A DNA stretch of 64,000 bases, from NCBI GenBank assembly GCA_963828525.1, contig CAWHEP010000005.1, positions 1 to 64,000 of the forward strand. Direction: 5' to 3'. Positions 36,808 to 49,151 of this stretch are shown piece after piece (the first letter of the stretch is position 1; the number at the start of each line of letters is the position of its first letter). This stretch comes from an uncultured Verrucomicrobiae bacterium (lineage in GTDB: Bacteria; Verrucomicrobiota; Verrucomicrobiia; Chthoniobacterales; Chthoniobacteraceae). Position numbers and translations under genes: made by a program. The notes beneath the pieces were generated by a model. That model made no database searches. It was not told the origin of the DNA and was given only the letters and a program-made list of their open reading frames with translations.

Positions 36808-37185
36808 TCACGTCATCGAGTGCAGCCCGATCATGTTTCCTTCAGTATCCAGCACCAGGGAGATAAATCCATAGTCGCCTATCGACATCTTCTCTCTCTG
36901 GATCTGCCCCCCGTTTTCCGCGGCTCGCGCGGCTTCCACCGCGCAATCAGCGCAGGTAAAATAGATGAGCGTTCCTCCCGCTCCCGAATCCTTTCCCTCC
37001 ATTTTGACCAGAGCGCCGGGACATCCGCCTGCTTCCATCAGCATGGGGAATGCCCATATCTCAAGCCCGGGCATGATCAGCGGCTGTAATGTGGTCTGAA
37101 ACGTTGATTGATAGAAGGCTTTGGCTCGCTCCATGTCCTGAACATAGATTTCAAACCAGCCTACAGGGTTGCGTTGGGTATCCAT
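36808..37185 (-). CDS. VOC/glyoxalase family protein
   Basis: VGWFEIYVQDMERAKAFY, LIYF, DTEGNMIGLH. Confidence 0.9.
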   Translation of the reverse strand: MDTQRNPVGWFEIYVQDMERAKAFYQSTFQTTLQPLIMPGLEIWAFPMLMEAGGCPGALVKMEGKDSGAGGTLIYFTCADCAVEAARAAENGGQIQREKMSIGDYGFISLVLDTEGNMIGLHSMT

Positions 37186-37416
37186 TTGAGTTGGTATTAT
37201 GCTTTAGTCGTTAAAGGGCGCTCCGATGTTTATTAATGATGGAAGGCGAGATGCCGCTCCCACTACAGCGGGTATCCACCCGCTCCTCGCGGACTCTATC
37301 CCTGCCGTTTCCTGCGGCAATCCTTTTCGTGCCGCTCGCGGAAAGCAATTCTCTTGAGCGCACCACCCATTGCCGAATAGGCTGTGCTCGCTCCGTCCTA
37401 CGGATGTGAATTCAAC

Positions 37417-38073
37417 ATGAAAACCCGCGCCAAGCTTTGTTTACTCAGCATGCTGCTCGCTTTGGCTGGCTGCGTGCCGTCGCTCCACCCTCTTTACACG
37501 GACGCCGATGTGGTGTTCGATCCTGCCCTGATCGGCGTATGGGGTGAAAAGAGCGACGCGAAAGAAACGTGGGCGTTCACAAAAGACACCGGGAAAGCCT
37601 ACCATCTTGTAGATACTGATAAGGATGGGAAGACCGGCAACTTTGTTGTGCATCTTGTGGACTTGGGAGGAACACGGTTCCTCGACCTTTATCCGGCAGA
37701 TCCGAAGATGGCGGAGAACGACTTCTACAAGATGCACCTTGTCCCCGCTCACTCCTTTGCGCTCGTCTCCGAGATCGGCCCTGCACTTGGATTGGCATTC
37801 CTCAACCCGGACTGGCTAAAAAAGACCTTGGAAAGCAGCCCCGACGCAATCAAGCACGAGGTTGTTGAGGACACGATACTGCTGACTGCTCAACCCAAGG
37901 AATTGCAGCGGTTCCTCCTTGCGAATCTCAAAACGAAGAATGCCTTTGGAGAAACCAGAGACTGGTACGCATCGGCGCCCAGTGAGATGGGTGAGCGGCA
38001 GACCCGCCTTCTGCTCTCCGCCTCAGTCGTGATTGCCCGGGAATCCGTGGTCATTTTAGCGCGATTCCTTTAA
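37417..38073 (+). CDS. Putative lipoprotein; 3' end uncertain
   Basis: Lipobox LAG-C followed by VPSLHPLY, LIGVW. Confidence 0.7.
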   Translation: MKTRAKLCLLSMLLALAGCVPSLHPLYTDADVVFDPALIGVWGEKSDAKETWAFTKDTGKAYHLVDTDKDGKTGNFVVHLVDLGGTRFLDLYPADPKMAENDFYKMHLVPAHSFALVSEIGPALGLAFLNPDWLKKTLESSPDAIKHEVVEDTILLTAQPKELQRFLLANLKTKNAFGETRDWYASAPSEMGERQTRLLLSASVVIARESVVILARFL

Positions 38074-38082
38074 GCTGGCGGC

Positions 38083-40306
38083 GTGTTTCGCTGGTCTTTC
38101 GCTGCTTCGCCGCCCGTTTTGTGTTTCGGAGTGGCGGTCTGGCTGGCTTCGCTCGTTCTCTCGTATGCGCAATGGCGGCGGCGCGGGGGCGGCACGGTTG
38201 TTCTTGCGCTGGAAAGCCTCCGCATCCTGATTGTCACTCTTCTTTGTCTCGCCTTGCTCAAGCCGGAAGCAGTCCGCGACATTCAGCGCAACGGCCAGCC
38301 CCGGGTTGTCATCCTGTCGGATGCTTCAGGCAGCATGAAGACGCGGGATGTTGCGCTGGACGACAAGAGCGTCACGACGCGCGCGGATTGGCTGGCCAGC
38401 GCGCAGTCCACCGGTTTTTGGAAGCCACTTGCAGCCAGGGCTTCCGTTGCGGTCGAGAGCTTCGCCCAGCCCCCGGTGAGATCCCTGGTGGATCCACCGC
38501 CCACCGCCCCGCCGCGCGGCGTGTTGAAGAAGGCACCGACATCGACGCCGCACTGGAGCAAATCCTCCATCGAGAGGAAAATCTCAGAGCCGTCCTCCTC
38601 CTTTCCGATGGCGATTGGAATACTGGGGATTCGCCGCTCACCGCCGCCGGTAAAGTTTCGGGCGAAGAACATTCCCCTCTATACCGTCGGCGTCGGCAGC
38701 GAAGCTTACCTGCCCGACCTTGTGCTCGAACATGCTCGCCACGCCTGCTTACGGTTTGCTCGGCGAGGAAATCTCGATCCCATTCAAGATTCGCAGTCAT
38801 CTCTCTCGCGAGGTCAGGACGACACTTACGCTTTATTCCTCTTCCACGGCTGTCGCTGAGAGGGAGATCACCATCCCCGCTTACGGCGAGATACAGGATT
38901 CCATCGTCTGGTCTCCCATGGAAGCCGGGACGTTTACGCTGTCTCTCAAGCTGCCGGTCGAACCGGACGAAGCTCTTGCGGATAACAACGAGCAGACATT
39001 CCGTATTTCCGTGCGCGCCGGAGACGCTGAAGGTCCTGGTGGTGGATTCGCTCCCGCGCTGGGAATACCGCTACCTTCGGAACGCGCTCGCCCGCGATCC
39101 CGGAGTGGAGGTGCAATGCCTTCTTTTCCACCCCGGAATGCAGGCCGGCAGCGGACGCGACTATATTCCGGCATTTCCCGCGACCAGGGAGGAGATGTCC
39201 AGGTTCGACGTCATCTTCCTGGGCGATGTCGGTCTGGGCGAGGGTGAACTTAAAGAACAGGATCTGATTCTCGTGAAAGGGGTAGTGGAGCAGCAGGGCA
39301 GCGGCGTGGTGTTCCTCCCTGGCATTCGCGGTCGCGAGTTGACTCTCACCCGAAGCCCGATTGGCGATCTTCTGCCGGTAGAGTTTGATGAGTCGAAGGC
39401 GCATGGCGACGGAGGTTCCTTTGAGTCGCACCTCGCTCTCACTTCCGCGGGCACGGGGCATTTGCTGACAATGCTCGCGCCTGATCCTGCCACAAATGCC
39501 GCGATCTGGAAAAATCTGCCGGGATTCTACTGGTCTGCCTCCGTAAAGCGAAGCCGTCCAGGCTCGGAGGTGCTCGCGGTTCACTCTTCCTTGCGCGGTG
39601 AATCGGGACGTGTGCCGGTTCTCGTTACCGGGTCCCGCGGCAGCGGTAAAGTCCTTTTTATGGGCACGGATGGCGCATGGCGCTGGCGGCGGGGAGTTGA
39701 GGATAAGTATCACTACCGATTCTGGGGCCAGGTGGCGCGCTGGATGGCGCACCAACGGCATCTTGCCAAAGGCGAGCGCATTCGCCTGGCGTTCAGCCCG
39801 GAGGAACCCACGGATGGCGACACCGTTTTTCTCATGGCGACGGTTTTTGATCCGAGCGGATTCCCCATTGAAAAAGGAAACGTCGTCGCGCGCGTCAGGG
39901 CTCCGTCGGGGGCTGTCGAGAGGGTGGAACTCGCCTCCATGCCCGGCGGATGGGGAGTGTTCAAGGGGAGCTTCCAGCCCCGCGAAGGCGGCAAATACAA
40001 GATCTCGTTGGTGAACGAAGGGGGAGGCCAGCAACTTGAGACCGAGATTCTCGTCACGCACCCCGTCCGTGAGAAAGTCGGGGAACCGGCCAATCTGGCG
40101 TCCTGCGCGAACTGGCGGCGGTCACAAAGGGAGTTTCGGCGCGCCTCGCGATCTGGCGGCGATTGTCCATCGCAATTTCAGTGCTTCCTGAACCCGAGCC
40201 GATCGAGAAGCGGGTGCGCCTCTGGAGCGAATGGTGGAGCGGCGCGATCATCGTTTTCCTGCTCGCGTGCTATTGGACGGCACGCAAGCTCATGGGTATG
40301 GTCTGA
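38083..40306 (+). CDS. vWA-like / glutamine-amidotransferase-like membrane protein; several frameshifts, start uncertain
   Basis: DASGSM, TDI, LLSDGDWN, PRWEYRYLRNAL.RD, DVIFLGDV, WRWR..FWGQ. Confidence 0.7.
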
Positions 40307-40311
40307 CTCCG

Positions 40312-43300
40312 ATGAGAAGCAGCCCGCCTACTGCGCTTCCCGAGAGCCTCCGCCTCCAGTTTCAGGCGCTGGAGCGGCGTCTTTGGCTGATCGATCTTGC
40401 CATCACGATTTCCGGAGCCGCGGCGGCTGTTGCTATTTTCCTGGGGACTCCTGTTCGTCTCGGACAGACTGTGGGATACCCCTTTTTGGCTGCGCGCCTG
40501 CTTTACCTCGCTCGGACTCGCCATGCTGGTTTGCTTCGCCTGCTTTTACGGCCGGCGATGGCTCTGGGGTTCTCATCATTTCGAAGCGCTCGCAACCCTC
40601 GTTCAAAAACGCTATCGCAGGCTTGGCGACCGGCTTCTCGGGATCGTCGAACTCGCCGATGAAACCAAGCGATCCGGCTCGGTATCCGCCTCCTTGTGCA
40701 CCGCGGCTATCGCGCAGGTGGCGGCGGAGTCTTCACGCATCGATTTTCGCGAAGCCGCCTCACCAAAAATGTCGCGCCGCTACGGGTGGCTCCTCGCTGC
40801 GCTTCTCCTTCTCGCCGCTCTCCCCTGCGTTATTGCCCCCAGGCGGCGTTGAACGCCGTCCAACGTTGGCTGTTCCCTTCCTCCAAAGTCGCGCGTTTCA
40901 CCTTTGTCAGTCTCGCCGAACTTCCGGAAGGCAGGTCGTGGCCAGGGGTGAGCCGTTCGAAATCGCCTGTTCGGTGGCGGACAACTCATTCTGGCATCCT
41001 CCTTCTGCGACGTGCCAGTATCGCGATCAGCCCGCCATCCATGTGCCTGATCACTGGTGGCAGACTGCTCGTGCGCATGCCAGGCCAGACCCAGTCGGGC
41101 TTTCTCTTCTCAGGCGGGCGATGTGAAACGGCGCGTCTTTATCGACCCCGTTTATCGCCCGGAACTAAAACAACTCACCGCTCATATTAATTCCCCGCAT
41201 ACCTGCAATACCCGCCTTCCACCCTCCAAATCGAGGGTGCCTCCTTCACCGCTCTCGACGGCAGCCGGGTTTCTTTTGAAGGCACCGCGAACCGCTCTCT
41301 TGCTCACAGCCAGCGCCAGCTTTTGAAGGACGCGCTCAAAGTCCGCATCTTCCGGGGCAGCCCATGAAGCTGGATGTGCGTGGGACGGTCTTTCATACAC
41401 CGTCCTTTGCCATCGAAGGCTTCTCGCACGCCCTCTTCCAATGGAAGGATGTCTGGAATCTGGAATCCTCGACGCCAGCCAGCCTCGCTCTCATGACAAA
41501 GGAGGACGCGCCTCCACAAGTCGACATGCGAAGGCATTTCCGAGGCAATCGCCATCCTCGAGCAGGAAGTGGTGCACGTGACCGTCTCCGCCCGAGACGA
41601 CTACGGATTGCGCGAGATCGGCGTGAAGTGGGACATCGCGGAACACGCTGCCGACAAAAAGCCCGGAAGCAAGAGTCGCGCCTCCTTCAGCACGGGACGC
41701 CTCGATCCCTCACTTTGAAGAGCGAGTTTGCTTTCAGCCCCGTGCTTCTTCACATCCCGGAAGATTCTGACGTGACATTTTCCGCGACCGCGCTCGATTA
41801 CTTCCCTTCCCGCACCCCCTCCGAATCCTCCCTTTTCCATATCTATGTCCTGAGCAAGGAACGACACGCCAAGCTCGTCCAGGAGCAATTTGAAAAGACG
41901 GCCGGCGAACTCGAGGAACTCACACGCAAACAGGAGTCATTGCTGGAGGCGGGCGTGAAGTGAAGGCCCAGCCGCCTGAAAAGCTTGCAAACGATAGACT
42001 CTGCCCAGAGCTCTCAGGAACAGGCGGAGATCAGGGGAGAACGCGCGGCAAATGGATAAGTTGGCGCGAGACGCCGCCGCGATGCTTCGGGAGGCATTGC
42101 GAAATCCGGCCATTCCAGAGAAACTCCTCGCCGAGTGGGGCAAACACGCCGAAGCGATGCGCGACATCGCTGATCCAGCGATGCCCGCGAAGCCTCCCAC
42201 AACCTGGCTTCTCCAGCCAAACCGCCAAGGGACGTCCTGACGATCTTGCGCGAGCCCTCAAACAGGAAGAGCAGATTGTCCAGTCGCTGAGGGAACTGCA
42301 GGCGCCGCCGGGAAGACATCTGGATAGCCTTGCAGCGGCAAATATCGCTTTGCGCCTGAGGAAAGTCGCGGCCAGCGAAACCAGCATTTCCAAGAAGCTT
42401 AGGGATGTTCTTCCTGAAACCGTCGGCCTCAAGCCCTCGGAACTAGCCCCGAATCAGCGCGAGTCCATCGATGGCTTGCAAACGAGGCAGGATGCCAGCC
42501 GCATGGAGGCCGGCAAAACTCCAGGACGAAATCTCCCGGTATTCCGAACGGACACGGCTTAACCGATACGGCGATGTCTCCCACGAAATGGAAAACAGCA
42601 AAGTGGATGAGAGTCTCGGACGTTCTTTCGGGACTTCATCGCCCAAAACACCTCTGTTGCCGCGATACAGTCCGCCGCGGAATGGGCCGGCCCGTTTCGA
42701 AGGCTGGGCGGATCGACTTGAGCGCCAGGACGACGCAAAATCAGCCCGCGCCGCGAGACTCCGTCCGAACAGCAAATGGAAGCCTGCTGGCACTCATGCG
42801 CCTCCGGCAGCAGGAAAGCAGCCTCCGCGATCAGACTGTGGCACTGGACCGCCTGGACGCTGCACCTTCTGAGGTTGCGACTCCGCGCCGCGCTCTGCCA
42901 CCACCCAATTCGGACTCATGGAGGCCGTGCGAAAATGGAGACGAAGCCGGGAGTTTCCCGTGAGTCCCCGCACAGTTGGAACCTGTGCGGCCGCGATGAG
43001 CCGAAGCGGAGCAGTTGCTGGCGCGTTCGATCTCAGGAGATGGCACCGTCGCCGCGGAGACCGATGCAATCAATCTGCTCGATGGCCTTATGGATGGCGG
43101 AGAGGGTTCCGGTCCTGGTAAAGGCGCTGGCCTCGCCGCCCTGCGCCAAATGATGGGCTCGGGCGCGAGCGCGAGTGGCGGGGGCAGCACGGCGGGCGGG
43201 GCCACGGAGCGCCCAATCCGGCATATACCCGGGATGGAACAGGCGCTGCCGCAGACCTCCGCCCGGTGACCGCGGCCACAGGCGGGGACAGGCAGAACAT

Positions 43301-43361
43301 CCCGCTCGAATTCCGGGAAGCGCTTGAGGGTTACTACGGAGCGTTGGACCATGCCAAATAG
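40312..43361 (+). CDS. Large membrane-anchored coiled-coil protein (DUF4175-like), heavily frameshifted
   Basis: N-terminal TMs, LGDRLLG, coiled-coil segments, C-terminal EFREALEGYY in successive frames. Confidence 0.55.
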
Positions 43362-44357
43362 CCAGCTCCTCCTTCTCCTCGTGTGTGGCTTTGCTGTTTT
43401 CCCCGCCTTTGCGCAGGATTCCGTCATCACGACTCGGTCGCCATCGAGGACGAAGCCATCCCGCCCGCGCTGGATCGCCTCTACACCAAGGGCATCCGAT
43501 TTCTTGCCAAAACGCAGTCCGAGGATGGCTCGTGGCAGGGCCAGTATGGAGGAGAACCGGCTGTGGTCGGCCTCTCGGTTCTCAGCATACTCGCTCACGG
43601 AGAAGACCCTAATTTCGGGCCTTATAACAAAACCGTCCATCGGGGCATCAACTTTATACTAGGGGCGGCAAACGCCGATACCGGCTACATTGGCACTTCC
43701 ATGTATAACCATGGATTTGCCACGCTGGCGCTTGCCGAAGCCTACGGGGTCGTCAATGACCCGCGCATCGGCCCCGCCTTGCAGAAGGCCGTGAACCTCA
43801 TCCTGACATCCCAGGCCGGCAACCCTCAAAATGCCTGGCGCTACTCTCCAGAAAGCGCCGATGCGGACACGACTGTCAGCGGAGCGCAGATGGTGGCGCT
43901 TTTCGCCGCCCGCAACGCCGGCATTGGCGTGCCCGAGCCCGCGATCCAGAAAGCCTTGAAATTTATTGTCGATTGCCAAAGCCCCGATGGCGGCATCGGC
44001 TATTCCGGCGCGGGAGGACCGGACGGCGCGCGCACCGCGATCGGCACCCTGGTTCTCGCATTGGGGAAGAAGCAGAAATCCGCGCCATTCTTAAAGGCCT
44101 TCAAGTTTTTGAAGGGCAACGTGTCTGGAGATAATGACAGCTACTACCACTATTATCTCTACTATGCCGCGCAGGCATTCTTCCGCGCCTCGCCCAGAGC
44201 GTGGACTCAGTGGAATCGGGCAAACATCAAAAATCTCTCCGAGACTCAGGAAGAGGCTGGAAATTGGGAGGGCAATTTCGGACCGTCATTCACAACCGCG
44301 GCCTCTTTGCTTTCCCTCGCCTTGAATTACCGTTTCCTGCCAATCTATGAACGCTAG
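43351..44357 (+). CDS. Prenyltransferase/squalene-oxidase repeat protein; 5' frameshift
   Basis: QSEDGSW, MYNHGFATLALAEAYG, WRY, DTTVSG, QSPDGG, FLPIYER. Confidence 0.85.
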
Positions 44358-45904
44358 CTTACCCATGAAAAAACTCCGCGACGTTGCGTCCTCCTCGTTC
44401 CCAGGTTGCACAGGGAGGCGACCCTTTCGCACAAGCCGTGCTGGGTTTTCTTCGCGCTTCAGCGCCTCCGCGTTAAAATTACCCCTCCTCTTGTTCTTTC
44501 TCGGCAGCTACTGCAACGCCGCGATCATAGTCACGGGTCCTCCGGATGAAAGCATTCCCTCCCGCCACATTACCGTGCCCTCTCCCAAAACAGAGGCGGT
44601 GCCAGCGGCTCCCCAAACCGATTTGCTCCAGTTCCTCAACAAGGACGCGCTGCACGGCTCACTGGTCGAGATCGATCCCAAAGCAGGCGTCCGCTGGCTG
44701 ACTCCGGAAGCGAAAGCGCCCATCGACTTCAGCGCGGCAAAGACTCTCCCTTGTCAAGCTCGCGCCCCATAAGCTGAAGCCGCCAGTCATCAAGGATGCG
44801 TTTAGCGTTCGCCTCACCAATGACGACGAACTTCTGGGTACCCTCGGCGCTCTCGGCGCTGAAAAACTTCAACTGGAAACCTGGTACGCCGGCAAGCTCT
44901 CCATCCCCCGTTCGATGATCAAAAGCATCACACCGGTTCAAACCAATATCGCCTCCCTCTACGAAGGCCCCACCGGCCTTGAAGGCTGGACGAACGGAAA
45001 CCAGGAAAATGGGTGGAAATACAAGGACGGCACGTTCTACACACACAATAATGGAATCCTCGGACGCGACTTCAAACTCCCGGACATGTCGAACATAGAG
45101 TTCGACATGGGCTGGGCGGGCTATCTCCAGATCGTCATCAGCGTTTATACCGACCAGACCGAGAACTACGGCGGGAACTGCTACATCCTGCAGATGAACA
45201 ACAACTACGTCTATCTCGAGCGGATGCGGCGCAACAGCGGCTCCAGCAACCTCGGCCAAACCGAACTCCAAAGCCTCATGCAGCGCAGCAAGGCGCGCAT
45301 CGGCATTCGCGTTAACAAACAGGCCAAGACCATCTCGCTCCTTGTGGACGGCACGATGGCGAAGCAGTGGACGGATCGCGGCGACTTCGCCGGAGCGGGT
45401 GGCGGGGTTGCATTCTATTCCCAAGGGCGGGGATTGATCAAAATCAGCAATGTGAGGATCACCGCTTGGGACGGCAAATTCGAAGAGAACAAAAAGCCGG
45501 ATGACAAGTCCTCGGAGGACACGATAAAACTCGCCAATCAGGATAAAGTGTCCGGCTCCTTAAAATCCATCGAGAAAGGAGTAGCCATCCTCGCCTCCAG
45601 CTACGCGACCCTGAAAATCCCGGTCGAGCGCATCGAGGAAATCGACATTGCAGGCAAAAACGCGGATCAAGCCCGGCACGTCCCGGGAGATGTCCGCGCC
45701 TTTTTCACGGGCCGCGGCACCGTCACCCTCTCTGTCGAGAAGTGGGATGAGAAGCAATTGATCGGCTCCAGTCCGAATTTTGGGCGCGTTACTTTCGCGC
45801 CGGCGGCCTTCGACCGGCTTCAGTTCAACCTTGACCAGCAGGCGCAAAACAGCGAAGACCCGGACAGCGACGCCGAACCCGATCCGGATCAGGCCGCCCG
45901 TTAG
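44347..45904 (+). CDS. Secreted hypothetical protein; frameshift near 44760
   Basis: Two consecutive protein-like frames (44347-44772 and 44915-45904) with repeated N.D.L.G.L motifs. Confidence 0.55.
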
Positions 45905-45944
45905 GCAACCCTGGCCCCCAAAGCCGCACCCTTTTAGACCGTCC

Positions 45945-47389
45945 ATGACTATCGAAACCATCTCTCCTGAGCAAACATCCGATCCCACCGCTCCAGTTGA
46001 AGAAACCTCCGTCCCGACGGAGCAAACTTCAAATGCACCCGAACTCGCTCTCGAAATGCAGGATGCCGGAGAGGCCCGCATCGTAAATAGCGCTCCTTCC
46101 GCGGCAGAGACCGCCGCCTCGGAAGCGGCGAGCGCTGCCTCCTTGAAGGAACTCCTCCTGGGCACCAAGCCCAAGGTGCTCGCCAGCGCGGAGACAATGA
46201 TCGGCCTGCCCTGGATAGTTGGCGTCACAGCCGTCGTTGAGGCGTGGCCGGACATGAAGCCCGCCTCCCGCAAGAATTTCCTCGTGGCGCTCGCCGCGCA
46301 GCAAACCGAGCCTGCGCGCCGCTTTCGTCTGAGTCTGGGAAGGGGAATGCTGCCCCACGACGCAGGCGCGGCCCTCGCTCTCATAGCCTCGGTATGTGCC
46401 GAGATGATCGAATCCGGGAACGGCGTTCCCTCCCAAAAGGATCGCCAAATCTTCGCCAACGTTCTCATCGGGAAGGGCAAGCCTTGGCTCCTCCACCTGC
46501 CTCTCGGCGAAATCGAAGATCGGAAAAGGTGTGCTCGATCACACATTGCGCCATCGTCACCTGCTTCCCCGGCCAATGTCCTCCCCTCACACAGTGTTCA
46601 GTCCTGCGCTGGATAGGTGCCGCCGAAAAGCTCGCTGCCCTCCCGAAGAATTGCTGCAGGCTGCGCGAAAGCTGTCAAGCGCTGGCACCCGAAGTTGCAA
46701 GCTGAACTCAAGTCGGGCGTCCCTGCTGCTGCCCCCGATGCTTGAGGAAGCGCTTGCTCGGCAGGCCCGCTCCCGAGCCACGTCCGAGACACAGCCTCAC
46801 CCGAAGCTGCCCCCGACAGGAACCACCTCCCAGATCGGCTCTCCCGAAACGACGCGTCCTGCCACCTTATCCACAGCCGCCCGCCCGCGTGGTGCAAACC
46901 GGATTCGATCTTGTCTCCTCTTGCGCCAAATCGAAGCGCACGTGAACAGCCTGCGCTCCGACCTAAACCACGCCCGAACCGAACTGCGCCGGCAGGCCGA
47001 ACGCCGTCCCTGCCCGAGGGCCGGGGCAGGGATCGCCGCCGCTCCTCATCCGATGAACGCCAGCAGTAGAAGCCGCGGATGTCGAGGAACTCCGCCGCCA
47101 CAATCAGCAGCTTGTCGAGACGGTCGCCGAGTTAAGCGGCCAGCTTGAAGAAATTGCGGCGGACCACGAAGACCTGGCGGCCAGCATGCAGGCCCATGAT
47201 GAGGCCCCGCTCGCAAATGAGAAGGAGCAGTTCCGCCTGATGCTGGGCATCAAGTTGCGCGAACAATTATTCCCAGTTCCAAACAATGGAAAAGAGCCGG
47301 CCGACGAAGTTTTTCGCGAGCATTACCGCATGCTCCTCCGCGAGGTATTTGAGGTGCTTGGAAAGCAGGGCGTAACCTTCAAGTCCTAG
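45945..47389 (+). CDS. Hypothetical protein with C-terminal coiled coil; several frameshifts
   Basis: Protein-like segments in successive frames ending LGKQGVTFKS. Confidence 0.45.
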
Positions 47390-47547
47390 GCGTTTTCTGC
47401 CGCTGTGATTCCCCCTTTCTAAAGCGAATGGCCTTGATTCTGCTTTCAAAATCCGGATTAGCGAATCTGCAGGCAATCAACCAGCTGAGGTTGCGCGAGC
47501 TTTTATTCGTCACCTAGAATATTCATTACCCCTATTACCCCTGGATT

Positions 47548-48534
47548 ATGTTTGTGCCCTCCAACTCGTTGTTTCCACTCCGCGCCGGAATGTGCGTCGC
47601 GATGCTCGCCTTCGCGCTCTCTCCTTGCTCAGACGCTCTTACGATTGATGCCAACTACGACAGTTCGATCACGAGTCTTTCCAATGCGGCGCAAGTTGAG
47701 AATGCATTTTCCTACGCGGCGCAGCAGTTCGATAACCGTTTCTCAGATCCGATCACTTTAAATATTACGGTTTCGGCCGGAACGACGGGGCTCGGAAACA
47801 GTCTCACCCAGCTAGTGGGCACCCTCAGTTACAGCGAGATGAAAAGCGCGCTTGCGAGCGATGCGAAGGACGCCAACGATGCGAGTGCTGTCGCGACCTT
47901 GGGCAATACCGACCCTACCGGCGGGGGGAACTTTCTGGTATCGACTGCTGAAGGCCGGGCGCTGGGGCTTCTCAGCGGCACATCGAACGACGGCACTTTT
48001 ACCTTCAACAAGAATTTGGGTTATTCATTCGACCCCGCTCACCGCGCGGTGGCTGGCCAGTACGATTTTATAGGAGTCGCGGAACACGAGATTTCAGAGA
48101 TCATGGGGCGCATTTCGCTTTTGGGCAAAACTCTCGGCTCGGGTACGAACGCGATCTCAAACTCGTATGTTCCGTATGATCTCTTCCGATACACTGCCGC
48201 GAACACACGAGCTCTTACGGATGCGAGTGGGGTGTATTTCTCGGTAAATAGCGGGACGACGAACCTGCGGAACTTCAACTTCGCGAATGGCAACGGCAGC
48301 GATCCGCAGGACTGGGCCAGCAACCAGGGGCCTGATTCTTTCAACGCTTTTGAGTCTCAGGGAACGGAAGCGGACATAACACCCGTGGATAACGTCGCGC
48401 TCGACGTCATTGGCTACGACTTGATCATTCCCGAGCCTCGGACTTGGTTTGCTCTCGGCGCTGCTCTTGGTGGCATTCTCCTCCTGGCGTCTGGCGCGCG
48501 GGCGCGACGCAAGGCTCCGTCGTTCGTGTCGTAG
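47548..48534 (+). CDS. Secreted metallopeptidase-like protein with PEP-CTERM sorting signal
   Basis: Signal peptide; AEHEISEIMGR; DLFRY; LDVIGYD; IPEP, TM helix and basic tail. Confidence 0.8.
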   Translation: MFVPSNSLFPLRAGMCVAMLAFALSPCSDALTIDANYDSSITSLSNAAQVENAFSYAAQQFDNRFSDPITLNITVSAGTTGLGNSLTQLVGTLSYSEMKSALASDAKDANDASAVATLGNTDPTGGGNFLVSTAEGRALGLLSGTSNDGTFTFNKNLGYSFDPAHRAVAGQYDFIGVAEHEISEIMGRISLLGKTLGSGTNAISNSYVPYDLFRYTAANTRALTDASGVYFSVNSGTTNLRNFNFANGNGSDPQDWASNQGPDSFNAFESQGTEADITPVDNVALDVIGYDLIIPEPRTWFALGAALGGILLLASGARARRKAPSFVS

Positions 48535-48561
48535 AACCCTGGCGGGCCTTCCGCCTGTGTT

Positions 48562-49092
48562 TTATTGAGTGCCCTTGCTAGCTGCCGCCGCCTTGAAAAA
48601 AGCATCATTTCCGCCAGCGTCCGCGCTGTCATGCGGAGCCGGTTTGTAGAAGGTCCCCAGCTCTTTGATGAAGGCGTTTGCTCCTCCTTCAAGGTAGCCG
48701 ACTTGCTCGCCGAGCTTCTTTTCGTCTTTGCTTAGCAGGATGAAAGTGGGATAGCCGCTCGCGGAAAAGCGGCTTTGCAGTTCGGCATTCTGTTTCTTGA
48801 CCGCGGACGTCTGGGGCTTCTCTTGCGGGAAATCCACCTCTACAAGGATGAGGTTCTTCGCGGCGTATTGTTTAAACTGGGGCGTGTCCAGCGCCTCCTT
48901 CTTCATCCTGATGCACCAGCCGCACCAGTCGGAACCCGTGAAATCGAGGAGGATCGGCTTATTCTCCGCTTTCGCCTGCTGAAGCGCTTTCGCGTAATCG
49001 GTCAACCAGCCACCTGACTCGGCGGAAGCATGGGTGAGCAGGCCACCCAGAAGGAGTGTGATCACGAGGGGGAACTTGCTTTGTATTCTCAT
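48562..49092 (-). CDS. Exported thioredoxin-family protein
   Basis: Signal peptide; FTGSDWCGWC; GYPT. Confidence 0.9.
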   Translation of the reverse strand: MRIQSKFPLVITLLLGGLLTHASAESGGWLTDYAKALQQAKAENKPILLDFTGSDWCGWCIRMKKEALDTPQFKQYAAKNLILVEVDFPQEKPQTSAVKKQNAELQSRFSASGYPTFILLSKDEKKLGEQVGYLEGGANAFIKELGTFYKPAPHDSADAGGNDAFFKAAAASKGTQ

Positions 49093-49151
49093 GCCTGAAC
49101 GATAGACGCCTGCCGTCGCCGGTCAAACGCCTTGCCGGGAAAGGCCGTTGT

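Noticed and set aside
34819..37400. Conventional CRISPR array downstream of cas4
   Set aside because: No regularly spaced direct repeats and no GCTTCAATGGGGCC-like copies were seen here
38121..41126. A single 1001-aa protein
   Set aside because: Only parts are protein-like; it is a composite of frames from two frameshifted genes
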